Assembly (NCBI GenBank): GCA_965207065.1
Contig: OZ242260.1
Span: 4,224,001 to 4,288,000 of the forward strand
Direction of reading: 5' to 3'
From: a bacterium
GTDB lineage: Bacteria > UBA8248
Length of the DNA: 64,000 nt
This document shows positions 19,474 through 29,895 of this stretch, piece by piece (the first letter of the stretch is position 1; each line of letters begins with the position of its first letter). The notes beneath the pieces are model-generated. The model did no database searches. It saw only the letters and a list, made by a program, of their open reading frames with translations, and was not told where the DNA came from. A program made the translations under genes and the position numbers.

Positions 19474-21330
19474 TTAGAGTAACTCCTCAATCTTGGTAAT
19501 CAGTTCGCCGACCTTGAAGGGCTTTCCTTGAATTTTGTTGAAGCTGATCGTATCGACCAGGTACTGGTAGCGGAGCATTTTGGAGAGTTGACCCAAGTTC
19601 AACTCGGGGACGAGAATTTTCTCGAAATTGCCGAGCACTTCTTCGAGGTTCGCCGGGAAGGGGTTGAGATGGCGCAGGTGAACCTGCGATACAGAGGCGC
19701 CACGGGCCTGCAGGGCCTCGATGGCCGCCGTGATGGCGCCGAAGGTGCCGCCCCAGCCGATGACGAGAACCTTGCCGCTCTCCTCGCCGATGACCTCCGC
19801 GGGCGGGATGTCCTTCGCAATCCCTGCGATCTTCTCGTCACGCGTGCGCACCATGAACTCGTGGTTCTCAGGCTCATAGTTGACGTTGCCGGTCTGGTCT
19901 TCCTTCTCGATCCCGCCGATTCTGTGCTCGAGCCCGGGCGTCCCGGGAATCGCCCACGGACGGGCCATCGTTTCCGGGTCCCGAAGATAGGGCAGGAACC
20001 CTTCCGGGTCCGTCCTGTAGGTCACCGGCATCTCGGGAATATCCTCCGCCTTGGGCAGAAGCCAGGGTTCCGAGCCGTTGGCCAGGTAGCCGTCACTCAG
20101 GACCACCACCGGCGTCATGTATTTCACCGCCAGGCGGCTCGCTTCTATTGCCGTCCAGAAGCAGTCTCCCGGCGTGGCCGCCGCCACGATCGGCAGCGGG
20201 CTTTCGCTGTTGCGCCCGAACATCACCTGGAGCAGGTCGGCCTGCTCGGTCTTCGTAGGCAGGCCCGTGCTGGGGCCGCCGCGCTGGATGTTGGCGATGA
20301 CCATGGGAAGCTCCGTCATCACGCCGAGACCCATGGCCTCGGCCTTGAGAGCGATACCTGGGCCGCTCGAACACGTCACGCCGAGCGAGCCTGTGAACGA
20401 AGCGCCAAGCGCCGCGGAGACGGCCGCGATTTCATCTTCGGCCTGGAAGGTCTGCACGCCGAAATTCTTGTGGCGGGAAAGTTCGTGGAGAACGTCGCTG
20501 GCCGGCGTGATCGGATAGGCACCCCAGAAGAGGTTGATACCCATCTTCTTCGTCGCCGCGATGAAGCCGTAGGCCAGGGCGACGTTGCCCGAGATGTTCC
20601 TGTATTTGCCGGGCGGATAGGTCGCCTCGCGCACGATGTAGTTGCTGGTGAAGACCTCGGTGTTCTCTCCGAAGAAATACCCGGCTTCTAACGCGCGCGT
20701 GTTGGCCTGCACGAACTCGGGGCGTTTCCCGAATTTCTCCTCGATCCACTGCTTCGTCGGATCCAGCGGACGCGAGTACATCCAGTACATCAGGCCCAGC
20801 GCGAAGAAGTTCTTGCACCGATCCGCCAGGTTGGACTGCAGCTCCATGTCTTCCAGGGCCTGTCGCGTCATGGAGGTGATCTTCACCTCGTGGATGTCGT
20901 AGTTGCCCTTGAACTCCTCATCCTCGAGGGGGTTGGACTCATAACCGGCCTTGGCCAGGTTTTTCTGGCCGAAGTTGTCCACGTTCGCGATGATGATGCC
21001 CCCGCTCTTCAAATCGACGAGGCTCGTCTTGAGCGCGGCCGGGTTCATCGCCACGAGTACGTCAACGGCGTCGCCCGGGGTGTGGATGTCCTTGCTCGAG
21101 AAGTTGATCTGGAACCCGCTCACTCCGGCAAGGGTTCCGACGGGCGCGCGAATCTCGGCGGGAAAGTCGGGGAACGTGCTCAGATCGTTCCCGGCGATGG
21201 CCGCTGCGTTCGTGAACCTGTCTCCGGTGAGCTGCATTCCGTCGCCGGAGTCGCCGGCAAATCGAATCGCCACCGTTTCGAGTTCAACAAGCTGCTTCTC
21301 AGCCCCGTTTTTACCTGAAGACTCAGCCAT
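19474..21330 (-). CDS. korA: 2-oxoacid:ferredoxin oxidoreductase alpha subunit (gamma-alpha fusion)
   Basis: AGDSGDGMQL, YPITPAS, QAEDEIAA and QRGGPSTGLPTK motifs. Confidence 0.9.
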   Translation of the reverse strand: MAESSGKNGAEKQLVELETVAIRFAGDSGDGMQLTGDRFTNAAAIAGNDLSTFPDFPAEIRAPVGTLAGVSGFQINFSSKDIHTPGDAVDVLVAMNPAALKTSLVDLKSGGIIIANVDNFGQKNLAKAGYESNPLEDEEFKGNYDIHEVKITSMTRQALEDMELQSNLADRCKNFFALGLMYWMYSRPLDPTKQWIEEKFGKRPEFVQANTRALEAGYFFGENTEVFTSNYIVREATYPPGKYRNISGNVALAYGFIAATKKMGINLFWGAYPITPASDVLHELSRHKNFGVQTFQAEDEIAAVSAALGASFTGSLGVTCSSGPGIALKAEAMGLGVMTELPMVIANIQRGGPSTGLPTKTEQADLLQVMFGRNSESPLPIVAAATPGDCFWTAIEASRLAVKYMTPVVVLSDGYLANGSEPWLLPKAEDIPEMPVTYRTDPEGFLPYLRDPETMARPWAIPGTPGLEHRIGGIEKEDQTGNVNYEPENHEFMVRTRDEKIAGIAKDIPPAEVIGEESGKVLVIGWGGTFGAITAAIEALQARGASVSQVHLRHLNPFPANLEEVLGNFEKILVPELNLGQLSKMLRYQYLVDTISFNKIQGKPFKVGELITKIEELL

Positions 21331-21547
21331 TGGTTTGGATGTCCTTTAATTGGATGTATCTTGTATAGGAAAATTCGTGGAGGGTTTCATTCACTGAGAA
21401 ATACCATATGTCATGCATATTTTTTTTGGGCATGTCCATTCGAGTCCGAGTGGCGATTCATACATCAACCAGCCGATCGCGAATTATGCGGAAATCATTC
21501 AAAGCCGTCAACGCAAATTCAACTTTTTTTCAAAAAAATCAAATACA

Positions 21548-22123
21548 TCAGCCCGCACGGGAGCCGTCGAGGCCCAAATCCTCAGCCGCCCCCTGCATGG
21601 CCTCCAGCGTGAAGGCGACGTGCTCCTCCAGCGGCACCCCGAGCTCCGAGGCTCCCAGCTCCACATCCGCACGATTCACGCCCTTGGCGAAATTCTTGTC
21701 CTTCCATTTTTTCCGGATGCTTCGCGGCTTCACCTGGCGGATGTCTTTCGCAGGGTTCACCAGGGCGACGGCGGTGATGAGGCCCACCAGTTCATCCACG
21801 GCGAAGAGCGCCTGGGCGAGGCGCGTCTCCCGGGGGACGTTCAGGTACTGCGCGTGCCCCAGAATCGCCTGTATCATTTCTTCGGGATAACCCGCCTCGC
21901 GCAGTACCGCGCAGCCGGTCTCGGGGTGTTCTTCGGGTGAGGGGTGCTTTTCGTAATCCATGTCGTGCAGCAGGCCGGTGACGCTCCAGAGCGCCTCGTC
22001 TTCTCCGTATTTCCTCGCATAAGCAAGCAAAGCGGCCTCCACCGCCCGGGCGTGCGCTCTCAGGCCCGGGCTTTTCGTCCACTCGAATAAAAGCGCCTCG
22101 GCGCTTGCGCGATCCAGTTCCAC
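21548..22123 (-). CDS. HD-domain metal-dependent phosphohydrolase
   Basis: GLLHDMDYE, LFAVDEL and FAKGVNR motifs; GTG start after GGAG. Confidence 0.85.
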   Translation of the reverse strand: MELDRASAEALLFEWTKSPGLRAHARAVEAALLAYARKYGEDEALWSVTGLLHDMDYEKHPSPEEHPETGCAVLREAGYPEEMIQAILGHAQYLNVPRETRLAQALFAVDELVGLITAVALVNPAKDIRQVKPRSIRKKWKDKNFAKGVNRADVELGASELGVPLEEHVAFTLEAMQGAAEDLGLDGSRAG

Positions 22124-22338
22124 GCTCGACTCCCCTCCCTCACGATGATGAAACAAAGAGATGACCAATCAAAGAAACAAGATAACTCTGTTGCCGTCAT
22201 TAAACCTTGCGCTTCGGCCCGCTTTCCGTCAAGGCGCACAGCCTCGCTTGAGGCGCTTTGGATGTGGTACATATTCCCCCCAAGACATTTTCCAACAAAA
22301 TTCCGTGCAGCAGAAGAAATTTTTTCAGGGAGAAAGCC

Positions 22339-23571
22339 ATGCTCTACAACAGGGAACGCGCGCTGGAACTGATGAGAGAACACGACGTGGCGGCCATGAT
22401 CGGCACGACGCTCGAAAACGTCACCTACCTGACGGGCCACATCGGCTGGGCGCAGCGGGTCTACCGCGCGCGCAAAAGCTACGGCGTGATGACCAACGAC
22501 CCGGACGCCGGCACCGACCTCATCATGAACCGCGCGGACAACACCTATTACGCCGCCTACGGCGGTCACGCGGAGAACGTCTACGTCTGGGGCGGACAGG
22601 CGAACCACATCGAGCCGGAGGGCTACGAGCCGCATGATGAGGAGATGAGGCGCTACCGCGAACTCCACGCGAGCGGGGCGAAACACGCCACCCTGCTCGA
22701 CGGGCTCCTCGCCGCGCTCAGGGACCGGGGCATCACCTCCGGCAGAGTCGCCCTCGATGAGGAAGGCTGCCCGGACAGCCTGTTCGCGACCTTGAAAGAA
22801 AAACTACCCAATTGTGAATTCATCCCCGGCTCGGGACTGTTCCTGATGACGCGGCTCGTCAAGACGGCGGATGAGCTCGACCGCCTGCGCGAGGCGGCGC
22901 AGGTGAACGAAGACGCCATCACCAAGGTTTTCGAATTCGTGCGCGAGGGTGTGAGCGAGCGCGAGGTGGCCGAGGTCTGGCGGCAGGAGGTGGCCCGGCC
23001 CGGCGGCATGTGGCACTGGTTCCACTTCAACTCCGGTCCGAGGGGCGTCTTCATCTTCCCGCCCACCGACAGAAAGCTCCAAAAGGGCGACGGATTCATG
23101 TTCGACGCCGGCCTGTTTCATAAGAACTACAACGCCGACACGGGAAGCTGCGGCTCCATCGGCGAGCCGAGCGCGCGCGTGCAGCGCGAGTGGAAGGGTG
23201 TCGAAGAAGGCTTCCACGAGTGCCTGGAGGTAATCAAGGCCGGCTGCACGGGCAACCAGATCTATCAAGCGCTGGTCAAGGGAATCCAGTCGCGCTTCCC
23301 CGAGTTCGACGCCCCGTTCGCCGGGCACACGATTGGCCTGGAAGCCAGGGAGTTCCCCTTCATCCTGGGGCCCGAATCGAAGCACAACCAGCCTTTCTAC
23401 CCGGAAACCTCCGAGATCCCCTACCCCGTCGATTCGGTGATCAACATCGAGGCGCCCATCGGCACGTTCGGACAGGGAGGCTACCAGATCGAATACTCGG
23501 TCGTCGTGAAGGAAAACGGCTGGGAGATGCTCATTCCCCAGGACAGGAGTTTCAGGGTCATCGACGCGTGA
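22339..23571 (+). CDS. M24 family (Xaa-Pro peptidase / creatinase-like) protein
   Basis: ENVTYLTG, R.VK..DE, GHTIGLE motifs. Confidence 0.85.
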   Translation: MLYNRERALELMREHDVAAMIGTTLENVTYLTGHIGWAQRVYRARKSYGVMTNDPDAGTDLIMNRADNTYYAAYGGHAENVYVWGGQANHIEPEGYEPHDEEMRRYRELHASGAKHATLLDGLLAALRDRGITSGRVALDEEGCPDSLFATLKEKLPNCEFIPGSGLFLMTRLVKTADELDRLREAAQVNEDAITKVFEFVREGVSEREVAEVWRQEVARPGGMWHWFHFNSGPRGVFIFPPTDRKLQKGDGFMFDAGLFHKNYNADTGSCGSIGEPSARVQREWKGVEEGFHECLEVIKAGCTGNQIYQALVKGIQSRFPEFDAPFAGHTIGLEAREFPFILGPESKHNQPFYPETSEIPYPVDSVINIEAPIGTFGQGGYQIEYSVVVKENGWEMLIPQDRSFRVIDA

Positions 23572-23599
23572 TTGGTATATGCGGGGAGGGTGCGACATC

Positions 23600-23866
23600 G
23601 GACAGGCACAGGGGCCTGTCCCTACGGAAACTGCGCATATCGAAAAGTAAAAAAATCGGTAGGGGCGGCCCCCTGTGGCCGCCCTGCCTCCCGTTTGATT
23701 GGTTGTTGTGTAGGGACAGTTCCTCTCTATTGATTGTATCCATCCTGAAAAGGACAATCACGGGGAGTTGTGCCTATCCAATTCAATAAATTATGTAGGG
23801 GCCGCATATCATGCGGCCCTACCTTTCCGCCTTCACAATACGGGTCGCATGATATGCGACCCCTAC
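23600..23866. repeat. Cluster of GTAG-type REP hairpins
   Basis: Units at 23600-23625, 23659-23684, 23795-23822 and 23842-23866. Confidence 0.8.
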
Positions 23867-24049
23867 ACATGCCGAACCACAAAACCGAAATGACGATGCC
23901 AAATCTCGTTAGATGAGGGGGAGCCGTTTTCGCGGCCACCTTCCACCAACGCCTAGACACGCCGAACGAGTAATTCCCACAATTGACCTGGACAGGAAAA
24001 TAATGTGAGATAGGCGGGTCGCCACATTTCTCTAGCCTGGAGAAAGCCG

Positions 24050-25282
24050 ATGCCCCAAAACTACGACCTTCTGCCAAGACGCGATTTTATCCGAAAAAGC
24101 GCTTTCGCCGGCCTCGGCGCCGGACTCCTGCCCTTCGCGCGCGCCATGAACGCGGACGCCGCGCAGAACCGGGTTCAACGCTACGTCACCTTGGGCAAGA
24201 CGGACATCAAGATGTCCGATATCTCGTTCGGCAGCAGCCGGCTCGGCTCAGACGAGGAAAACCTCGTACACCACGCGCTCGATCTGGGGATCAACTATTT
24301 CGACACCGCCGAGAGCTATTCCTGGGGGGAATCGGAGACCACCATCGGCCGCGCGCTCAAGGGGAAACGCCACAAGGTCTACATCGCGTCCAAAACGCAC
24401 GCGGGACCGAGCGACGACAAAGCCTCGATGATGCGCTCTTTAGAGCAGAGCCTCCAGAAACTCCAGACCGACTACGTGGACGTCTACTTCAACCACGCGG
24501 TGAACGACGTGGACAGGATGAAGAACCCCGAGTGGAGCGAGTTCGTCGCTCTCGCGAAAAAACAGGGGAAAATCCGCTATTCCGGCATGTCGGGCCATGC
24601 GGGCAACCTGATCGAGTGCCTCGATTACTGCACCGACAACAGCGTCGTGGACGTATATCTCGTGGCCTACAACTTCGGGCAGGACCCGGCCTTCTACCAG
24701 CGGTTCACGCGCGGGTTCGACTTCATCGCCAGATTCCCGAAACTGCCCCTGGCCCTTGCGCGGGCGAAAGCCAAAGGCATCGGAGTCATCGCCATGAAGA
24801 CGCTCATGGGCGCACGCCTGAACGACATGCGGCCCTTCGAGAAAGGCGGCGCCACCTATTCGCAGGCCGCCTTCCGCTGGGTGCTCTCGAACCCCAACGT
24901 GGACTCGCTCATCATCTCGATGACGAGCAAGGAGAACATCACCGAGTTCGTGGGCGGCTCTGGCTGGAAAAAGATATCGCGCCGCGAGGTGCCGATCTTG
25001 AAGAAATACGCGCGGCTCAACGGAACCTCCTACTGCCGCCATGCGTGCAACGACTGCGCGGGCGCGTGCCCGGAGAACGTGCCCATCGCGGACGTGCTCC
25101 GCACCCGCATGTATGCGACCGACTATGAGGACGTGCGGTTCGCCAAGGCCGAGTACTCCATGCTGGGCGCGGGCGCTTCGGCGTGCCTCACCTGCAGCCA
25201 CCAAAGCTGCGCCGGCTCCTGCACGCACGGGCTGCCCATCGAGAAGATGACCGCGCCGACCCACGAACTGCTCACGGTATAG
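24050..25282 (+). CDS. Aldo/keto reductase with Tat-like signal and C-terminal Fe-S motif
   Basis: PRRDFIR twin-arginine motif; GINYFDTAESY, SL.KLQTDYVD; two C-terminal Cys clusters. Confidence 0.88.
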   Translation: MPQNYDLLPRRDFIRKSAFAGLGAGLLPFARAMNADAAQNRVQRYVTLGKTDIKMSDISFGSSRLGSDEENLVHHALDLGINYFDTAESYSWGESETTIGRALKGKRHKVYIASKTHAGPSDDKASMMRSLEQSLQKLQTDYVDVYFNHAVNDVDRMKNPEWSEFVALAKKQGKIRYSGMSGHAGNLIECLDYCTDNSVVDVYLVAYNFGQDPAFYQRFTRGFDFIARFPKLPLALARAKAKGIGVIAMKTLMGARLNDMRPFEKGGATYSQAAFRWVLSNPNVDSLIISMTSKENITEFVGGSGWKKISRREVPILKKYARLNGTSYCRHACNDCAGACPENVPIADVLRTRMYATDYEDVRFAKAEYSMLGAGASACLTCSHQSCAGSCTHGLPIEKMTAPTHELLTV

Positions 25283-25318
25283 GCCAGGCCGCCGTATAGG
25301 CGTCTCAAGAAAAGGCGA

Positions 25319-26272
25319 GTGGCCCCGGTGCGCTCGGCCGCCTTTCGACATATCGGGAGAAGCCCCATCGACATCGCCATCACTGGTGCGAACGGCGCCG
25401 TCGGCAAAGCGCTCATCGAACGCTTAAGCTCCAATACGGCCAACAGTCCATTGCGTCTGCGCGCGCTCGTCCGGGACCTGGGGCGAAGCGCGAATCTGCG
25501 CAATCTTCCTGCAGAGTTAATAGAAGTGGACTACGACGACACAGATAGCCTCGCGCAAGCCGTGGACGGCGCCGACTGCGTGGCGCATCTTGCGGGTTCT
25601 CTGGTTCCGAGAGCGGGCGATTCCCTGCTCCAGTCGAACCTGCTCACCACGAAGAACGTAGCCGAGGCGAGTAAAGGCTGCGGCGTCAAATCCTTCGTTT
25701 ATTTAAGTTTTCCGGGCGCGGACGCACGCTCTCAAAACGAATATATAAGGACGAAAGGCCAGGCCGAGGACGTGATTGAGGAGAATTTCGGGTCGGGCGC
25801 CATTTTCCGCGTGCCGATGATTCTGGGGACAGACACTCCTGCGATGAACCAGATAAAACGCCTGCTCAGCTCTTCCGTGGTCCCCCTCGTGGCGGGCGGC
25901 GCGGTGCGGATACAGCCGATATACCTGGGCGACGTTCTGAGCGCTGTCGATTGGGCGATTCATCATTTTGATGCGCCGCTCACGCGGGTGAACCTCGTGG
26001 GGCCGGAGACCCTGCTCTACCGCGAACTGCTCATTCGCGCCGGGCGGAGGCTCGGCAAACGGCCCCGCATCCTGACGATTCCGAGGGGGCCGGCCCGGCT
26101 TGCGTCGGGCATCATCAGCCGCCTCTCGCCCTCCTCCCCCATGAGCCGCACTGTATTCGACGTTATATTCTACGAGCATCTGTGCAACGATGAGGAAGCC
26201 GGAAGCGACGCGCCCATCACCCGCACGGGCGTCGACGAGATTCTGGACCTCTCGCTGCCGCACCGCGAATAG
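25319..26272 (+). CDS. NAD-dependent epimerase/dehydratase (extended SDR)
   Basis: ITGANGAVG, AHLAG and Y..TK motifs; start codon uncertain. Confidence 0.8.
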   Translation: MAPVRSAAFRHIGRSPIDIAITGANGAVGKALIERLSSNTANSPLRLRALVRDLGRSANLRNLPAELIEVDYDDTDSLAQAVDGADCVAHLAGSLVPRAGDSLLQSNLLTTKNVAEASKGCGVKSFVYLSFPGADARSQNEYIRTKGQAEDVIEENFGSGAIFRVPMILGTDTPAMNQIKRLLSSSVVPLVAGGAVRIQPIYLGDVLSAVDWAIHHFDAPLTRVNLVGPETLLYRELLIRAGRRLGKRPRILTIPRGPARLASGIISRLSPSSPMSRTVFDVIFYEHLCNDEEAGSDAPITRTGVDEILDLSLPHRE

Positions 26273-26298
26273 CCGCTGCGCCTTCAAGGAGTTTCGCA

Positions 26299-27240
26299 TT
26301 GGAGCAAAACCAGGATACGCATCAATCGGGCAAAGCCGGACGACTCATCCCCATCGCCCTCACGGTCGTGATCTTCGTCATCATCTTCTGGCGGGTACCC
26401 TTCCACGAGTTCGTCCTCGCGATATCCAAGGCGAGGCTCGCGCCCTTTCTCGTGCTGATGGGGTGTTTTTCCATCTGTTTTTTCCTGATGGACACCTTCG
26501 TCCTGAGCCGAATGATCCGCTGGTTCCACGGCCCGCTAACGTTCCCTACGCTGCTGCCCGTGCGCGCCGTCACCTACGTCGTCTCCATCATCAACACCCA
26601 ACTCGCACAGGTGGCGCTGGCGCTTTATTTTCACCGCAGGTTCCAGACCCCGCTCGCCGAGATCACAAGCACAGTCGCCATGCTCATCCTGCTGGAAGTC
26701 ACGAACCTGATTTCCTTCGCCACGGTCGGCCTCATCGCCTTTCCGGGCGGCGCGCCGCTCTTCCTGTTCGTCCTGCCCGCCGGGCTCGCCTGTTGCTGGC
26801 TGCTCATCACCCAGGTGGCGCGGGGGGGACTGGGCGTGGTCGGAGCGAAAATCGGCGGCCACACCCTGCTCAACACCTTCCGGGCGGTTCGCTTCGGGCA
26901 GGGCCTCACCATCCTGGCGCTAAAGGGCTCCGTATTCCTCCTTTCGCTTTTCGTGCACAAATACGCCCTGACGCTCTTCGGGATGGACATTCCGCTGCTG
27001 CAGCTTCTCACGTTTCTGCCGCTCGTCTTCATGATAGGGGCGCTTCCGGTGACGGTGGCGCATCTGGGCACCTCCCAGGCCGCATGGATATTCTTCTTCA
27101 AGGACTATGCGCCCGAGGCGGACCTGCTCGCCTACAGTCTCGTATCGCATCTCACCTTCATGCTGGCGAACGGGACGATCGGCTTGCTGTTCATGCCGAA
27201 GGCGTATTCGGATCTGTTCGGAAAGAGGCGCGCCGCCTGA
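26299..27240 (+). CDS. Lysylphosphatidylglycerol synthase TM / flippase-like membrane protein
   Basis: Multi-TM protein with LPVTVAHLGTSQ motif resembling the family LP.T..GLG.RE motif. Confidence 0.7.
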   Translation: MEQNQDTHQSGKAGRLIPIALTVVIFVIIFWRVPFHEFVLAISKARLAPFLVLMGCFSICFFLMDTFVLSRMIRWFHGPLTFPTLLPVRAVTYVVSIINTQLAQVALALYFHRRFQTPLAEITSTVAMLILLEVTNLISFATVGLIAFPGGAPLFLFVLPAGLACCWLLITQVARGGLGVVGAKIGGHTLLNTFRAVRFGQGLTILALKGSVFLLSLFVHKYALTLFGMDIPLLQLLTFLPLVFMIGALPVTVAHLGTSQAAWIFFFKDYAPEADLLAYSLVSHLTFMLANGTIGLLFMPKAYSDLFGKRRAA

Positions 27241-27636
27241 GGGGGGGGGTGTTGGAAAAGGCCACTGAAGGAGCGCGCTAATTTTCACTCCCCCCTTGAG
27301 GGGGAGACCCATAAAAGCAACCCCCCCTACCCCCCCTTGTCAGGGGGGTATAAAAAGGCGAAATCCCTCGCCGGGTGGGTAGAAGGGCTTTGCTTTTTCT
27401 TGCCCCCCTGACAAGGGGGGGTAGGGGGGGTTGCTTTTCAAGGCAGAGGGAGGACGAGCGGGGCGGGTTTTTCATCGGGCATTCCCCTCGGGATGCCCGA
27501 CCCCTCAAGGGGGGAGTGATTGTTTGGTGCTTTGCAAGGTGAGAATGTTTTTGGCCCGACCCCCAAGGGGAGAGCAATTCTTCTCTCTCCCCGGCAGGGG
27601 ATATACCCCCGAATCATGAAATCAGGTCTTTTTCAG
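27241..27636. mobile_element. Nested MITE/REP cluster E
   Basis: Begins G9TGTTGGAAAAG directly after a TGA; palindrome 27313-27438; inverted CACTCCCCCCTTGAGGGG units; ends in GGTCTTTTTCA homologous to 858-920. Confidence 0.8.
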
Positions 27637-28208
27637 GTTCCGGGTTGCGAGCGCGCGTTCCGGATGAGCAAGTATAAGGCGTAGAAGAAAACCAGACGGC
27701 CGAGCCAGGGCAGGACGGGCCTGAGCCAATCCCACGAAAAACCCGTCTCGCAAACGACGACACCCACCAGAGCGTAAAAACAGACCCCCGCCCACTTTCC
27801 CGCCGCATCCTCGGGCAGGGACTCGCCCGCCCTCCGGGCTTCCCTCCGGCAGCGCCACAGGAACTGAACACCCAGCGTCAATACGCCCAGCGCAGCCCAG
27901 GGGCCGACCCGCCCCGTCCAGGCGGCGGCTGAGAGCGCCGCCGCGTTGAAAGCCACGTCCGATAGGGCATCCACCTGTCCCCAGAAATAACTCTTCGCAC
28001 CCGCGCGCCTGGCCAGCGGGCCGTCAATCAGGTCGCTTAAAATCGCGTAGAGGTATACGGCGATGAGCAGGACACGCCACCGTGCATCGGGTGCGGAATC
28101 CATTTCGAGCAACGCCCAGACAATTAGTGGAATCGTGAAAATCCGCGCGAGCGTGAGGCCCCTCGCCAGATACGCGAGTATCGGATTGAACGATCCCTCC
28201 CCGTCCAT
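27633..28208 (-). CDS. CDP-alcohol phosphatidyltransferase family protein
   Basis: LTLAR and DLIDGPLARR...G..D..SD signature. Confidence 0.88.
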   Translation of the reverse strand: MDGEGSFNPILAYLARGLTLARIFTIPLIVWALLEMDSAPDARWRVLLIAVYLYAILSDLIDGPLARRAGAKSYFWGQVDALSDVAFNAAALSAAAWTGRVGPWAALGVLTLGVQFLWRCRREARRAGESLPEDAAGKWAGVCFYALVGVVVCETGFSWDWLRPVLPWLGRLVFFYALYLLIRNARSQPGT

Positions 28209-28356
28209 CTGGCTTCCTCCCCAGCGGCCAAGCGCATGAAAACGCGAAAAACCCAGATCACTCTGCCTCAATTGACACGCCCGCCGCAAAGTTCTAGCTT
28301 TGAACTTCCATAGCCACGATACGAGGAACGCGTTTCACCACTAGTGAGGAATCTTC

Positions 28357-29877
28357 ATGCCCAAGTACGCAATGGCGATCGACCTCGAATCCTGCATCGG
28401 ATGCCATGCCTGCACGATCGCCTGTAAATCCGAACACGATATTCCCATCGGCGTCTGGCGATGCTGGGTGAAGGAAGTCGAAAAAGGCGCCTTCCCGAGC
28501 ACAAGGAGGGAATTTCTGCCCGTCCTGTGCAATCAGTGCGACGACGCGCCTTGCCAGAACATCTGCCCGACGAAGGCGCTCTTCCGGCGCAGCGACGGAA
28601 TCGTGGACCTGGACCCGGAATGGTGCATCGGGTGCAAGTCCTGCATTGCGGCGTGTCCCTACGATCAGCTCTTCATCGACCCCAACACGATGACGGCGGA
28701 GAAATGCAACTTCTGCGCAAACCGCCTCGAAGCGAACCTGGAACCCGCCTGCGTGGTGGTCTGTCCCACGCAGTGCCGCGTGTTCGGCGACGTCGAGGAT
28801 GCGGATTCGAAGATATCGAAACTCACCACGCAGCGCCCCTACAACGTGAGAAAGCCCGAATACAACACCGCGCCCAACATCTATTATCTCGAGGGCAGCC
28901 GCCAGCTCCTGGACCCCACCGAGGCGGGCCAGTCGGGCATCTACAAGCAGGGCGAGATGGACATGGAGAAAGAAGACGTCGTGCCCGAGTGGGAGAACAA
29001 GCCCGGCGAGAGCCGCACCGTGTACGACACCTTCCACGAGGTTCCCTGGGAGACGAAGATCATCACCTATCTGCTGACCAAGGGCGCGAGCACGGGTCTT
29101 CTGGTCATCAGCCTCTTTATGTGGATGTTCGGCTACAAGAGTTCGCTGTTCTCCTTCTGGATGCCCGCGCTGAGCGGCATCCTCCTCGCCGCCACGGGGG
29201 CGGTGCTCATCACCGACCTCAAGCGGCCCGAGCGGTTCTACTACATCATGCTGCGTTCGAACTGGGGAAGCTGGATGGCGTGGGGCACTTGGTTCATCGC
29301 GCTCGACGGCGTCTTCACCCTCCTGTGGGTGATTGGCGCCCTGTTCGGCGCAGAGGGCTTCATGGGCCTCATCCTGTGGCCCACCATCCTCATGGGCGTG
29401 CTCGCATCGATATACACGGGCTTTTTCTTCGCCCAGGCCTCGGCGCGCGATTTGTGGAAAGGAAGCGAGAACACCCTGGACATCGGCGTGCAATCGGGAC
29501 TCAAGGGCGCGGCTATCTTGCTTCTCTTCGCCACGCTGTTCCCGATCCAGAATCAGGCCTCGGCCCTGACCATCCTGGGCGGGCTGCTCGCCATTCTCGT
29601 TCTGCTGCACCTGAGCATCCTGGTGTTCTCGATTCTCGTGCATCGATTCGGCTCCGTGGCGCATGAGCGGGCGATCCACCTGCTGACGAGCGGGCCGTTC
29701 AAGAACGATTTCTGGGGAGGCGCCATCGCCGTGGGATGCCTCGCTCCCCTGCTCCTGCTTTGGGCGGGAGGCTTCGGCGGTTTCGGCGCGGTGCTGGCCG
29801 GCATCATGGCCACGGCGGGCGCGTATCTTTGGGACAAAATCTGGGTGAAGGCCGGACAGGCCGTTCCCCTTTCGTAA
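28357..29877 (+). CDS. 4x[4Fe-4S] electron-transfer domain fused to NrfD/PsrC-type membrane anchor
   Basis: CIGCHACTIAC, CNQCDDAPC, CIGCKSCIAACP and CNFC motifs; C-terminal TM domain with DL.RP.RF and SWM..G. Confidence 0.9.
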   Translation: MPKYAMAIDLESCIGCHACTIACKSEHDIPIGVWRCWVKEVEKGAFPSTRREFLPVLCNQCDDAPCQNICPTKALFRRSDGIVDLDPEWCIGCKSCIAACPYDQLFIDPNTMTAEKCNFCANRLEANLEPACVVVCPTQCRVFGDVEDADSKISKLTTQRPYNVRKPEYNTAPNIYYLEGSRQLLDPTEAGQSGIYKQGEMDMEKEDVVPEWENKPGESRTVYDTFHEVPWETKIITYLLTKGASTGLLVISLFMWMFGYKSSLFSFWMPALSGILLAATGAVLITDLKRPERFYYIMLRSNWGSWMAWGTWFIALDGVFTLLWVIGALFGAEGFMGLILWPTILMGVLASIYTGFFFAQASARDLWKGSENTLDIGVQSGLKGAAILLLFATLFPIQNQASALTILGGLLAILVLLHLSILVFSILVHRFGSVAHERAIHLLTSGPFKNDFWGGAIAVGCLAPLLLLWAGGFGGFGAVLAGIMATAGAYLWDKIWVKAGQAVPLS

Positions 29878-29895
29878 TACGGGAGCTTCAAAAGC

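Noticed and set aside
23600-23866. Possible CRISPR array or attC cassette array
   Set aside because: Repeats are inverted, irregularly spaced and of different classes; no cas or integrase genes
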